Shown here: in pieces, positions 38,201 to 48,929 of the stretch
How positions within the stretch are numbered: the stretch's first letter is position 1
Layout of the letters: the number at the start of each line of letters is the position of its first letter
Assembly (NCBI GenBank): GCA_030704615.1
Contig: CM060732.1
Coordinates: 76,322,001 to 76,386,000 of the forward strand
Length of the DNA: 64,000 nt
Source: Takakia lepidozioides
Taxonomy: Eukaryota > Plantae > Bryophyta
Direction of reading: 5' to 3'
The notes under the pieces: model-generated
Told to the model about the DNA's origin: nothing
The model's database searches: none
What the model saw: the letters and a program-made list of their open reading frames with translations, nothing else
Program-made: the position numbers and the translations under genes

Positions 38201-41200
38201 TATCTGACGAATCTGATTTGCGGGATGGCAACTCCAAGTATAGTATCCACACAGCTTTTGGTGGTCAAAGAGAGCATGTCAGCATGCACTAGAACAGCTA
38301 ACGTGGCTGTTCGGGGCAAGTTTGGCATAGCTCCTTGAGGTGAGCTCATGGTCAGATGGCTTAGTCTGTTGAGCTGCACGCCTAATACCAGATTCAAGAT
38401 GATCTACTGGATCTCTTGGAAGCAAGACCATCCTGTTAAACAGGCTGGTGGAAAAGGGTAGAGGAAATTTTCAAGCACCTGACCTTTAGGCAGTAAGAGC
38501 GGACCCTGCTAGATAAAGCTGACTTGGAAGGCCATGTCAGAAGCACGAAGAATGTCCGAACAAAACAAAGTTAGACACGTTTCCAGTTTGTGACATAGTG
38601 CAGACCTTAAGGATGATCTGAAGCGCCTACCTACCCGCGGCACTAGAGTGAAATTGTGGGGGGTCTACCTTTGAACAATAATCAGATGCAGAGAGGAAAG
38701 TTAGATTGTCAATGCCCAATGTGGGGGCAGTGAAGACAGTGTCCTTTTTCTGATACAATGCGAGGTCCAAGTATAAGAACGGCCAGGGAGAAAGAAGGTA
38801 AGAAAGAGACATGCATTCCTTCATGTTCCAACTGGGGTATTCTCATCAGAGAGCACTCCTTATCAGGACCATGAGGAACACAGTCCCTGCACCTCCGTTC
38901 ACCAACTTTCAAAATCTCGAGGCTGAGCCTAAAGCCTGTTGGGTGCAGCTCACACACGGCAGATTGATGCTTGTGTGAAGGGATTTCTAGAAGCAATCTT
39001 GAATGCCGAACCAGTTGTTTATACCAAGGTTAGTCCCATTACTGGAGTGATCTCCTCACAAAGGTAGTGTCTGTTCCCTCTTGCTCCACCCTAACTGGAT
39101 CGATGGCTACAGGCTATGGCAGTCTATTGAGTACTTTCTCTCTACACACACACAGACACACGTACATATGTGTTTTACTTGCTATCGCAGTCAAAAGAAC
39201 CATTTTTAACCCATGGTTGGATTCGCAACAAAAGTCTTGGCATACGTATCTTTGCTTACATGGCTTTTGTGGATGGCCGTGGGAGCTGGGTGTAGTTCAT
39301 AGGTCATCTGGTGGATCAATCAGCAAGGCATCGCTTCCTTCAAGTTGCTTGCCATTTGGAAAAGAAGACAACAAACGGAGCCTATGAGCTGCTGCGCCTT
39401 GTAGAAGCTGAGCTGCAGGCCTACACCTTGAACACTTCAGGGCGCATTGTATGTTACCACTCAAAGCCCTTCTTTCCCCCTTGGTTAGTCTCTATAGGTT
39501 GATTTGTTCTGTGCACCTCTTGACCAACAGTTGCAGATGTGAAATTCTTGTTTTTTTTGCTTGAGATCAGGAATGCACTATTACTCCAGCTTACCCTGAT
39601 CTATGGTGGCACTATTCTCCACATCGACAAGCTCCCAGGGAAGCTTCACCATAGTGTGCACTGGCTAGGATTGGTTGAATGCTGCTGTGAAGGCTGGCAT
39701 ATGAAGCAATAGCATGCACTAGGATACTCCTTCCAACATCGATAATCTGTTAGAGTGACAACAGACCCTGCACTCAAACACAGATCTACATCTATGGTGC
39801 TCGCTGTGAGTCAGTGTAAGTGAAGTGCAGAAGATACAGTGACAACAATTAGAATTTGAAAAGACAAAAGAAACTGGCGACAGACATAAACATTGATGAA
39901 GCTTGGTTCTTCCCATCTCCATCAAATGAACTTGTGAAAGGATGTTTATAACTGTGCGGGGCAGGATCGATGTGTTGCCTTAACACAAGCAGGAGCAGAT
40001 GCACAGGAGCATGGAGCGGTTGATGACCGTGACGCGTTCCTTCACCGAGTCCGTGACTTACTTAATATCCACACACGTATGTCTCTTGCTACCTTTTGAC
40101 GGTCTTTGATGAAATCCTGGGCCCTGAAGATTAAGTAGAGTGCCTTCCCATGCTGAGCACCGGGTGGGAGTTCAATGCTGCCTGCCTCTGGGACGTTAGG
40201 TTAATGCAGCTCAATAAAACGAATTCCTGACGCAGATCTGTGGGCATCTAGGTGAGAAATAGGAGCATGTCTGATGCATTGTAATGGTATTCTCTCAACT
40301 CTCTAAAAGCATGAAACAGACCGTTACTGTACCTCTTTTGCTCACTTCCTGAAAGTTGTTGACCTCCTTCGGTCTGGATTCTGGGGGAATACAGATGGCT
40401 TCTCGAGCAAGCCTGAACCAACTATGTCCTACAGGCAATTCCCATTGCTAGACAGCCCTTCACAATGGTAGTGGGCCTCCTGATGCTCTCTCCCCCCTTC
40501 CCCTCCATTCTTTTCTGCTCCATCCAAACCAAGTGCAGGAACTTGGGCAACATTACAGGGCATCAAATGCTGTCTAACGATCACACAAGCCCTATCTCTC
40601 TCTCTCTCTCTCTAGTTCGGGCAAATCACACACAGCAGATTGATGCTTGTGTGAAGGGATATCTAGAGGATATCTGGAAAACCCGGATTAATTCTTTATA
40701 TGGAGGTAAGTCTTACTACCAACGTCAGCCCCTGACAGAGGTAGGTTCTGTCCCTTTTGTTCCCGCTCAAACTGGGCGCGGGGTCAATGGCCACTAGGCT
40801 ACGGCAAACAACATCTTATGAGTACAATCTCTCTCTAGTTCCCGCTCAAACTGGGCGCGGGGTCAATGGCCACAAGGCTACGGCAAACAATGTCTTATGA
40901 GTACAATCTCTCTCTCTCTAGGTGGCCACAAGGCTACGGCAAACAACGTCTTATGAGTACAATTCTCTCTCTCTAGGTCTCAAGGCTATGGCAAATAGCG
41001 TCTTATGAGTACATTCTCTCTCTCCAGTGCGTCACACCTGCAGCTGAGCTGCGGGGATAAGCTAAATCCTGGTGGATGCGAACCCCACAAGGGCTAGTTG
41101 TTTTCCCCTGGGGTCAATTGCTGGATGGCTGTGGCAAGCCAACGTTCACAGGGAATGGCATGAGTACATTCTCTGCAGTGCGGGGAGTCTACCTGTGAAC

Positions 41201-43315
41201 AATAAACAGAGCCAGAGTGGAAAGGGAGATTGTGATTTCCCGATGTGCGGGCAGCCTGAAGACAATATCCTTGTTCTGGTACATTGTCCGGGGTATTCTC
41301 ACCATAGAGTGGCCCTCCTCCAGGTCCATCGAGAACATTGTTCCTGCACCTCTGTTCACCAACTTTCAAAATGTTGAGGCTGAGCCCTGGCCCTGTTGGG
41401 GTCTAATTGCTGGGCAGCTCACACACAGCAGATTGATGCTTGTGTGAGGGCTTTCTAGAGGAAAGTCCAAACTAGTTGTTTTTATCAAGGTAAGTCCCAC
41501 TACTGGATTGAGCCCCTCACAACGGTAGAGTCTGTTCCCTCTTACTGTGAAAAGCACAACAAGTTGCGACATTCTGGAATGTTGCCCAGGGCGTAGCCTT
41601 GTGCCCAGGGCGCTGGGGTTTCAAACCCCTCTGCTGCCATTATTACTGGGTCCGGCCACAAGGCTACGGTGAACGACGTCTCATGAGTACATTCTCCAGG
41701 TTCTTCCAGGTTGTTGGGTAGCTCACACACAGCAGATTGGTCCTTGTGTGAAGGGCTTTCTAGAGGAAATTTGGAAGCCTGAACTAATTGTTTATATCAA
41801 GGTAAGTCCCATTATTGGAATGAGCCCCTCACAAAGGTAGTTTCCGTTGGCTCTTCTTCCACCCAAACCGGGTGCGGTGTCTATTGCCACATTCCACAGC
41901 AGACAGTGTCTTGTGAGGACATTCTCTCCAGGTTCTTCTACAGGATTGAGCCTTCAATGATAATAGTGGCCCTTCAAACCATAAGTATACTCTCCCCCTG
42001 AGGCCTTGGTTCAACATTGCAGTGACACTTCCCATTGAATACTTCGTGCAGATGAACAAGGAGGTCTGCCAATGTATGTGTCAGCACCAGGCCTAGTGCA
42101 GCAAATAATGCAATTGCAGACTGAGCTACAGGCGCTACAAGATCAGATGCACCATTCGTTGCTCCATGATAAGCACCAATGCATCAATGACCTGTAAGTA
42201 TTCTGCACATTTACTGAGAATACCCTCCCCTTTCCATCGGTTCTTGGAGCTGATTGGCAAGTCTCTTTTCTACCCTCACTGTTTAGAAAGTAGATTGGAT
42301 AATGTCAGACAGTATGCAACCTTCTAAGAAAGGCCAGTCAATCACCCAGGAAACTGTTTTACGGTTTCTAAGTGATTCTGTGTATTGAGGCATGTGAACA
42401 CGGGTCTTTTGAATGTTATTGGACTATGTAATGTAGAGTTGGGTCAGAGTGTGTAGTCCAAGGCACACTCCACTGTGTGCTGGAGAACCCTGCAGTTATG
42501 GCAGGCCCATTGAGATTCTCTGGTAGAGTTCAACCCTTGTATCTCCAACTGTATTACGCCATTTGGAGGATTGGGTTAAATGAACTATGGGGAATTTGCC
42601 CCAAGCCCCTGACATTCCTTCTTACTGGGATCCCTCACACCTTTTTTCTCATGATGTCACAGGTGCCATGTCATCCACAAAATGCAGCAGCTTCTTTTCG
42701 CATCATCAACCACTGCCCAACCAATATTGAGCCCCTGGGTAAATGTTGGTGCTCTTCAATACAACAAGAAAATCTGTTGGTGACATAATTAATTCCAGCT
42801 CTAGTTGTAGTCTTTTGTTGAACTTTTGTACTAGCTGTCTCTGACGCATACACCATTGATTTTGTGTTCGACGTGGTTGCAGCCACTGATGAAAGAGCTG
42901 GGGGAGATGGAAAAGGTGAACTCACAGCTCTCCGCTGCCATTGAAGAGGTTACACGTGAACACCGAGAAAAAGCTGAGGTAAAACCAGCTCATGTGTACT
43001 TGGTCTCAGCTATGTACCTCTTTATTGATTCTTCATCAACTGTAACAAGTCATCAGGTTCAGGGATCAAGTGTCATCTACACAACTATTGTGTTGTTTGT
43101 TGTTAGCTTTTGAGCTTTTAGCTGTTCAGGCTGCACTATGTTGTATGTTTTGTGGCTGTGGGATCTAACAGGGAGTGTTGTCACAGATTGTGAAGCATCA
43201 TCCACATGAAGTTGGACGTGAGCGACAAGTCTTTGTAGACTTTTTCTGTGCTCCAGATCGATTGCGCAGCCAAGTGCGAGAGCTCTCAGCCCGGGTCAAG
43301 GCCCTTCAAACTTAG
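26298..43315 (+). CDS. AUG3: AUGMIN complex subunit 3 (HAUS3 orthologue), 18 exons
   Basis: Exons 26298-26473, 26943-26979, 27235-27338, 27586-27781, 28674-28740, 29156-29259, 29444-29528, 29771-29828, 30038-30169, 30323-30392, 30543-30600, 32833-32888, 39296-39448, 39965-40076, 42052-42194, 42663-42738, 42883-42978, 43187-43315. Starts [28 protein letters not shown], contains [26 protein letters not shown], and ends [28 protein letters not shown]. Confidence 0.95.
27900..28490 (+). mobile_element. 3' fragment of a second, different LINE family in AUG3 intron 4
   Basis: Frameshifted C-terminal LINE motifs [23 protein letters not shown] and [13 protein letters not shown]. The 3' UTR does not resemble the GAGTACA-ended family. 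Confidence 0.75.
28820..28886 (+). mobile_element. Single ~67-nt LINE 3' end at a (TC)n tract in AUG3 intron 5
   Basis: Sequence ttccgctcaaactgagcacggggtcaatggccaaaaggctacggcaaacaacgtcttatgagtaca, flanked by near-duplicates tctctatggctttt / tctccatggctttt. Confidence 0.85.
30790..32630 (-). mobile_element. Stack of five LINE copies, antisense, in AUG3 intron 11
   Basis: A long RT/C-terminal fragment 32630-31505, two ~140-nt units, one ~33-nt unit and an older fragment ~31128-30790. The spacer agacaccttgagaga (or a close variant) recurs at ~31129, ~31182, ~31334 and ~31490. Confidence 0.9.
33356..37715 (+). pseudogene. LINE polyprotein reading frame broken by two frameshifts (ORF pieces 33356-34111, 34123-35586, 35583-37715)
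   Basis: A 7-nt deletion in the third internal repeat (~34080) and a frameshift, probably with a deletion, near 35500 split what reads as one ancestral ORF. Confidence 0.8.
33728..34120 (+). repeat. About three tandem 141-bp (47-aa) repeats in the LINE N-terminal region
   Basis: Units start at ~33728, ~33869 and ~34010 ([47 protein letters not shown]). Confidence 0.9.
37736..39134 (+). mobile_element. Older degenerate 5'-truncated copy of the same LINE family, directly downstream of the full-length copy
   Basis: Colinear with ~36247-37721 but with many stops and indels. Ends ...ttgagtac|tttctctc. Confidence 0.88.
40615..41921 (+). mobile_element. Stack of about eight LINE fragments in AUG3 intron 14
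   Basis: 3' termini (GAGTACA or variant) at ~40826, 40906, 40961, 41013, 41169, 41691 and 41921, each followed by a TC tract. TSDs include tctctctctagttc around the first unit and tctccaggttcttc around the last. Confidence 0.92.
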
Positions 43316-44844
43316 GGTTATTCAATGTACATAAATGTCTGCCTAGGCATCAGAAGCTTCAGGAGAGAATTGGAGGGTGGTTGATCTCTCTGTTGTGCAC
43401 ATGCGAACACACAAACACCCTCGCTCAATTGATAGCAAACACAATTCCATTGTCATGTTTGGCCGCACTTAGGTAATGCACTTCACCATTACACAAATAC
43501 CTTTCCTCAAAGATAACAAAGGAAAAAAGTTGAAATTTTTGCCATATTCTTGCAGCTGATTCTCACAAGTTACTGGGTACCATACTCCCAAACTTTGTAG
43601 TCTCCCCTTGCCTCTATCTGCATAGCTTTGGTCGTGCATTTGAATAGAGGAATGCGAAAACTGTCCAGCTCCCGAAGTTGCTTACTCAAGAAGCCGAAAT
43701 TAGCTGCTTCTGCTATACTATCTCTAAGTTGCAGTTGCAGAGTTATTTTCCAAGGCATGGAGTACACATATGGAGGCTCACCAATCCCTGCAGCCTCACC
43801 AACTTGATGGCCGGTACCTTCCTGGGACCAAAATGGCAGCTGTCGACCTCTCTCTCTCTTAATCTCCCAAAGATCCCCCCTCTTGGATGATATGCACATG
43901 CTCGGATTAGAAATTAGGGCATACAAAGTAGGAAAATATTTGAAAGAAAAAAACAAGTCGTAATGGCTCCACCCCTAGGAGATTTGGCGGTTTGGGAGAT
44001 AGGCCGTTTGGGAGATCTCAACGATGACACAAACAAAACAAAACAAAACAAAACAAACGTCTCGCTTCATATATTGATGGTTCAACTCAATACATGTTCA
44101 CTTCGACTACGTGGGGGTGCATATCGCGTCCAATTGAAGTGCAGCAGACTTATATGCACATAGATTAAAGTATCAAAATAAAGAGTCACAAAATAGATAC
44201 GTCGGGATGCATAGGTCCATAGTGCAATGGAATATAATCATGATGGTTGACGACAACATCTGCAAATGCACTAGTATGTTCGACATTAAGATCAAACAGA
44301 CCACTGCTCTGTTGCTGGAATGAAATATCAATTTGTAGATGTCGTTTGATGATGAGGACCGGAATAAAAAAAATATTCGCTTCATCTCTTCGATTCTTGT
44401 ATCCTTTGGAAATAGCATAGACCACCATAGCAATTCACATTTGCTTATATCCATTCCATTACACAAGAAGGCTCCAGATGCATAATTTTTTTGCCAAATT
44501 TTAACATTGATAGCAAACAAGCGATAAAGGAGCTTCTCAGGCACTTTTCAGGTCGTGCATGTATATGATAAATGAACGCTTTTTCAAAAATAGCAAAGTG
44601 GGCTTTCCTAGAGCAATGATTGGCCCTTCATGTGGGAGATTTGGAATTTCAAGTACTTTTGGTCGCTGAAAATTCGGGAAAAATAGCAAAGAGGATATAT
44701 CAATATATGAAGCCTCGACAGGGGAGATTGCAAAAATAACAAAGTGGGCTTTGATGGAAATAATGACGTGGAGGTCACCCAAACTGCAGGGTCTTTGGAT
44801 GCATAGGGGATTTTTGGACGTAGCTGACATTGGATACTGAGGTT

Positions 44845-45580
44845 GCACTTGGGCGTCTACATGGGAGAAGCACTTGGATACATAGGAGATTGCACTTGGA
44901 CTTAGATTTCAATTCTTCACACATAGGCCAACGGCACAGGCTACCCTAGATCTCCCAAAGTGTGGTGTGGGAGATCAATTCTTTACACATGGGCCTCGAC
45001 ATAGGAGACGTACTTGGATACATAGGGGATTGCACTTGGACTTAGATGACACTGGACACTTGGGCCTCTACATGGAAGATGCACTTGGATACATGAATAG
45101 AAGATTACACTTGAGCTTAGATGGGCCTCGACATAGGAGACACACTTGGATACATAGGAAATTGCATTTGGTCTTACATTTCAGTTCTTCACGCGTGGGC
45201 CAATGATATATGCTACACTAGAGGTCGCACTTGGGCCTTGACATAGGAGACGCAATGGGATACATAGCAAATTGCACTTGGTATTAGATTTCAATTCTTC
45301 ACATATGGGCCCAAAGGTACATGCTACCCTAGAGGTCGCACTTGGGCCTCGACATATGGGACGCACTAGAATACATAGAAAATCTTACACTTGGGCTTAG
45401 GTTGGGCTTAGGTGACATTGGACACTTGGGCCAATGGCTCCACATGATACCCTAGAGGTCGCATCTAGGCCCCCCACATGGGAGATGCACTTGGATACTT
45501 ACGGGATTGCACTTAGGTAGCTCAGATGACACTGGACACTAGCTTGGGGGGACACTAGCTTGGGCCAACGGCACAAGCTA
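44845..45580. repeat. Degenerate tandem (minisatellite-like) array, probably internal to a non-autonomous transposon
   Basis: Recurrent cacttgggcc..acataggagacgcacttggatacatagg..attgcacttggacttagat subunits. A second motif, aattt/ccaagtacttttggtcgctg, recurs at ~44645, ~45628 and ~45789. Confidence 0.75.
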
Positions 45581-45911
45581 CCCCGGTGCTTGGTACCATT
45601 GGAAAGCCCTTGATGAGGAGGAGTGGAATTCCAAGTACTTTTGGTCGCTGTATATTTACGAAAAATTTGGCTTTCCTGGGACAATGATTGGAGCCACGTC
45701 AGGAGAGATATCAAGGGAAAGGTCTCCGGTTCAAATCTGGTCGTAGGCTCTGTGGTAAAAAAAAAAAAATTAGATATAGCTAAAACCAATTTCAAATACT
45801 TTTGGTCGCTGGAAATCCACGAAAAATTCATTGGACACTTGGGCCAACGTTACATGCTAGCCTAATATATTCGTATAGTCCAGCGACGATTGAAGGTCGG
45901 AGACTTTGAAG

Positions 45912-46341
45912 GGCCGTACCACACTAGCGGCAAGAGGGGCAACGACACACAATTTCGGACCCTCCTATTGGTTTATTGGAGGACAGTGTGCCGCTTTCCC
46001 TACCACACTAGCGGTTGCTGCCGGCGGAGAGGCTCCAACCTAGTGCCTAGCTTACATGTCACATCACCGTGAAATACGGATTTTCCAGGCAGTGTCCCCT
46101 ACAAATCCACAATCTTAGAAAGACATTTTGTCTTTAATTCTCCCGCCATTGCGAAGCTGGTCTCTCCAACCCCGTCGTGCGTGATGGTCTCTCCTACCGA
46201 TTTTTTCGTCGTTGGGCTTATGCTATAGTGTGGTGGCCGACTCATTGCCGCTTGGTGACATGGACCTATGTCATCCCACAATCCCTAGCCTGCCACGTCC
46301 AAGTTAGTGCCGTTGGTGTGCCGCTAGTGTGGTACGCGGCC
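45912..46341. mobile_element. MITE with 18-bp perfect TIR (PIF/Harbinger-like)
   Basis: cgtaccacactagcggca (45915-45932) / tgccgctagtgtggtacg (46319-46336), with an internal third copy of taccacactagcgg at ~46001. Confidence 0.65.
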
Positions 46342-47921
46342 TGTTTAGTGTAGATCAGGAATAGGGTGTCGGAGTGCCACATCACCTTCGCCACATCATC
46401 GTAACCACGTTATCATCGTCACGCCAAGTCGTCGTCTTCAACCACGTCATCAATATCGTCGTTTTTCTTAAGAACATGCCCGAAATGCCCGAAAATAATC
46501 GGGATAAATATTTGCAATTGCAGCGGGGAAGGGATGGGATGATGATGTTCCCGCATCCTTGAGCGCGGAGGGGACACACCGATCTCAGAGGGAGATCCTA
46601 CATGGTGGATGCTGCACAACCTTCTTTCATTTCAAAATGGGGACTGGCTGCAGTATTCCAACTCTACAATCCACTCCCAGCACCAAATTCGGCAAGGAGA
46701 GATTCAATTCCCAGATACCCCACTTTGAATGAATCGGATGCAACTACACTGGTGCACTGGCAACATTCTCGCAGATGTGCAGTTGAATAAGAATGGTTTT
46801 TTGAGGTTCGAAGAACAGTTTTAATGTCTCAGGTGTACTTCAACTAGCAATTACATCCCAAAGAAGCATCTTCTATGGAGGGGGCATTCACACCCGCTTT
46901 TAGATGACCCCTGGTTTAACAAACTATCTAGACGTCGATACAATAGTACGTCCTGTACACCGAGATATGACAGAAATGTGAAATGTGCTAAGCAGTTGCA
47001 TACCTGACCACTTGTACTCTGACCTCTCCTTCCACAGACTGCATTTCCATGAAGTAAACTTGACAATGATGCTTCAGTGAGTAAAACGCCTCTTCAGATC
47101 TCAACGCATGAACATGAAAAAGGTGAGGCGTTAGTGACAAAATGTGTTAGGTAGTTACATACGTGAACATTTGCAATGTCGCGGCCTCTCTCAAACTGAT
47201 GTGAACTTGAAATGACCGTTCAATGAACAAACGCCTGTCTAGATCTCAATGCACTGAAATAAAACCACCTGACTCGGCGGTAGAGAGACAGTCAAGATCT
47301 GACCACCATTCGCACTCTTCCTTCTCTCCTGCTCTGCTTCCTTAACTGAACTTTAAAAGAATGCATGAATGAGCAAAGCTCCTCTTCATATCTCAACACT
47401 GAACTCTCTCAACACATTGAAATGAAGAGACACAACCTCTGAGGCGGCGGTAGTGCATGGAATGCGGCGGCTGTTCACTCATACCTAACGCTCCAAGACC
47501 CAAGACCGTTCACGCGTGAAGCCTGTAACCCTCCTGACATGTGCCCATGTGCCCACACTTGCAAGAAGCGGTTGCTTACTTGCCCTAAGAAAATGTGCAC
47601 ACAACCCCGGATAGCGTTTTAGTGAGCGTTTGAACGGTCATAGAACGACTTATGACACCCAGCATTACCCTGTTGTATATCACGTAGAAACATAACATTA
47701 TGTGGGTTATTAGTGGTTGCTTGCACTATGGGTCTTTTGCCCTTGTTTTGTACCCCCTCTCCTTTAGATCGACATAACATATCGTAATCTTGCCCAAAAT
47801 AGATGTTCTTACAGTCAATTTAAAGCCTATCTTACCAGCGTTCAAATGAACTTGAACGGATGAAATCCGTTAAGAAATTCATCCTCTATGGATGAAAACG
47901 TCCTTAAGTGTATGGTCGATG

Positions 47922-48229
47922 GTGAAGAAATACGCATCAAGGTTCAGAGTGTCCTCCCCAGGGTACAGATCAAGCTGCACGATATGACCCTTGTTGTCAC
48001 ATTGAACTCCCCACCACGAGCAGCAATCGACAGTTACCGCCCACCCGCTGATCACATTTTGGCTGTCCTCCGTGATTCCCGCTTTGAACGCCAACAATGC
48101 ATCTCTCTCGGCGGCCAAGCAACTCGTGGCATCAGTGAAAATAATGCGAGAGGTCGGTGCAACGACGAATGAACAGAACAGCAACACTGGTGTACACCTT
48201 GTTTGCCATGGCCTGCCAGTTTGCCCCAT
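47922..48229 (-). pseudogene. Truncated copy of the secreted LRR gene (signal peptide and LRR N-terminal cap only)
   Basis: Near-identical to the first ~100 codons of 60243-59173, then similarity stops abruptly after DAYFFT. Its upstream region 48240-48880 matches 60245-61040. Confidence 0.85.
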
Positions 48230-48929
48230 CTTGTCACTTTGAGCTCCTACATGTAAATTGATTAAGATCGCGAGCGTGCACTTGACGTCTTTCGAGATGG
48301 GTACAGAAACACAGATGTTTAGGGAGATAAGCAGCTGGAAGTGGAGGTGGGGAAAGGAACTGATGAAGGCAGACACATATATAGGGTTTGGCGTGGAAAT
48401 GGTTGACAATCAGACAGTGCCATGGGGAGCTGGAGTTTGTCGTAACTGGAGCAACCACGAAACTGGCTCATACCTCGTCTCCGTCACAGTTGTACGTGCC
48501 TCCTACAAACACGTGCACACGCTCCTTCGTTAAAAAAGTGCATTTCGAAGCGTGTTCCAACGTTCGAACCTCCGTTCGAAGCGTGTTCGACTCCATGTAA
48601 TCATGTTTTGACGGTAGGTCGAGGTTTGGGTAAATTTGATAATTAACAGGGGAACCCTCCCGTTGACTGAATATTTTGGTCAAATTCCGGCAGGCCATCG
48701 CTCGCGGCGCGTCGTTGTTGAAGATACGTACCTAGGTCTAGCAGCGGCAGATTTTCGTTCATCCAAGTGGCACCCAGCAATAGTTTGGTGGCCGATGAAT
48801 GAAAAGCACGAGGAAGCATCCAAAGGATGAAAGACGCGCGAGTGAAGAGCATCTTTCGGGAGGGCCGCCTGCTTTGGTATCCCTCGCGAGCTTCCTGGCC
48901 TCCGGTGGTCTAGCACTTGTTTTTATACT

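Noticed and set aside
40795-41025. CRISPR-like appearance of short repeats with variable spacing (also 31129-31640)
   Set aside because: The repeats are 3' ends of the LINE at 32926-37721, separated by TC tracts and TSDs. The context is a eukaryotic intron with no cas genes.
45669-45768. Possible SINE (ggttcaaatct followed by an A13 run)
   Set aside because: No convincing A box or TSD, and it is embedded among internal repeats of a larger degenerate element.
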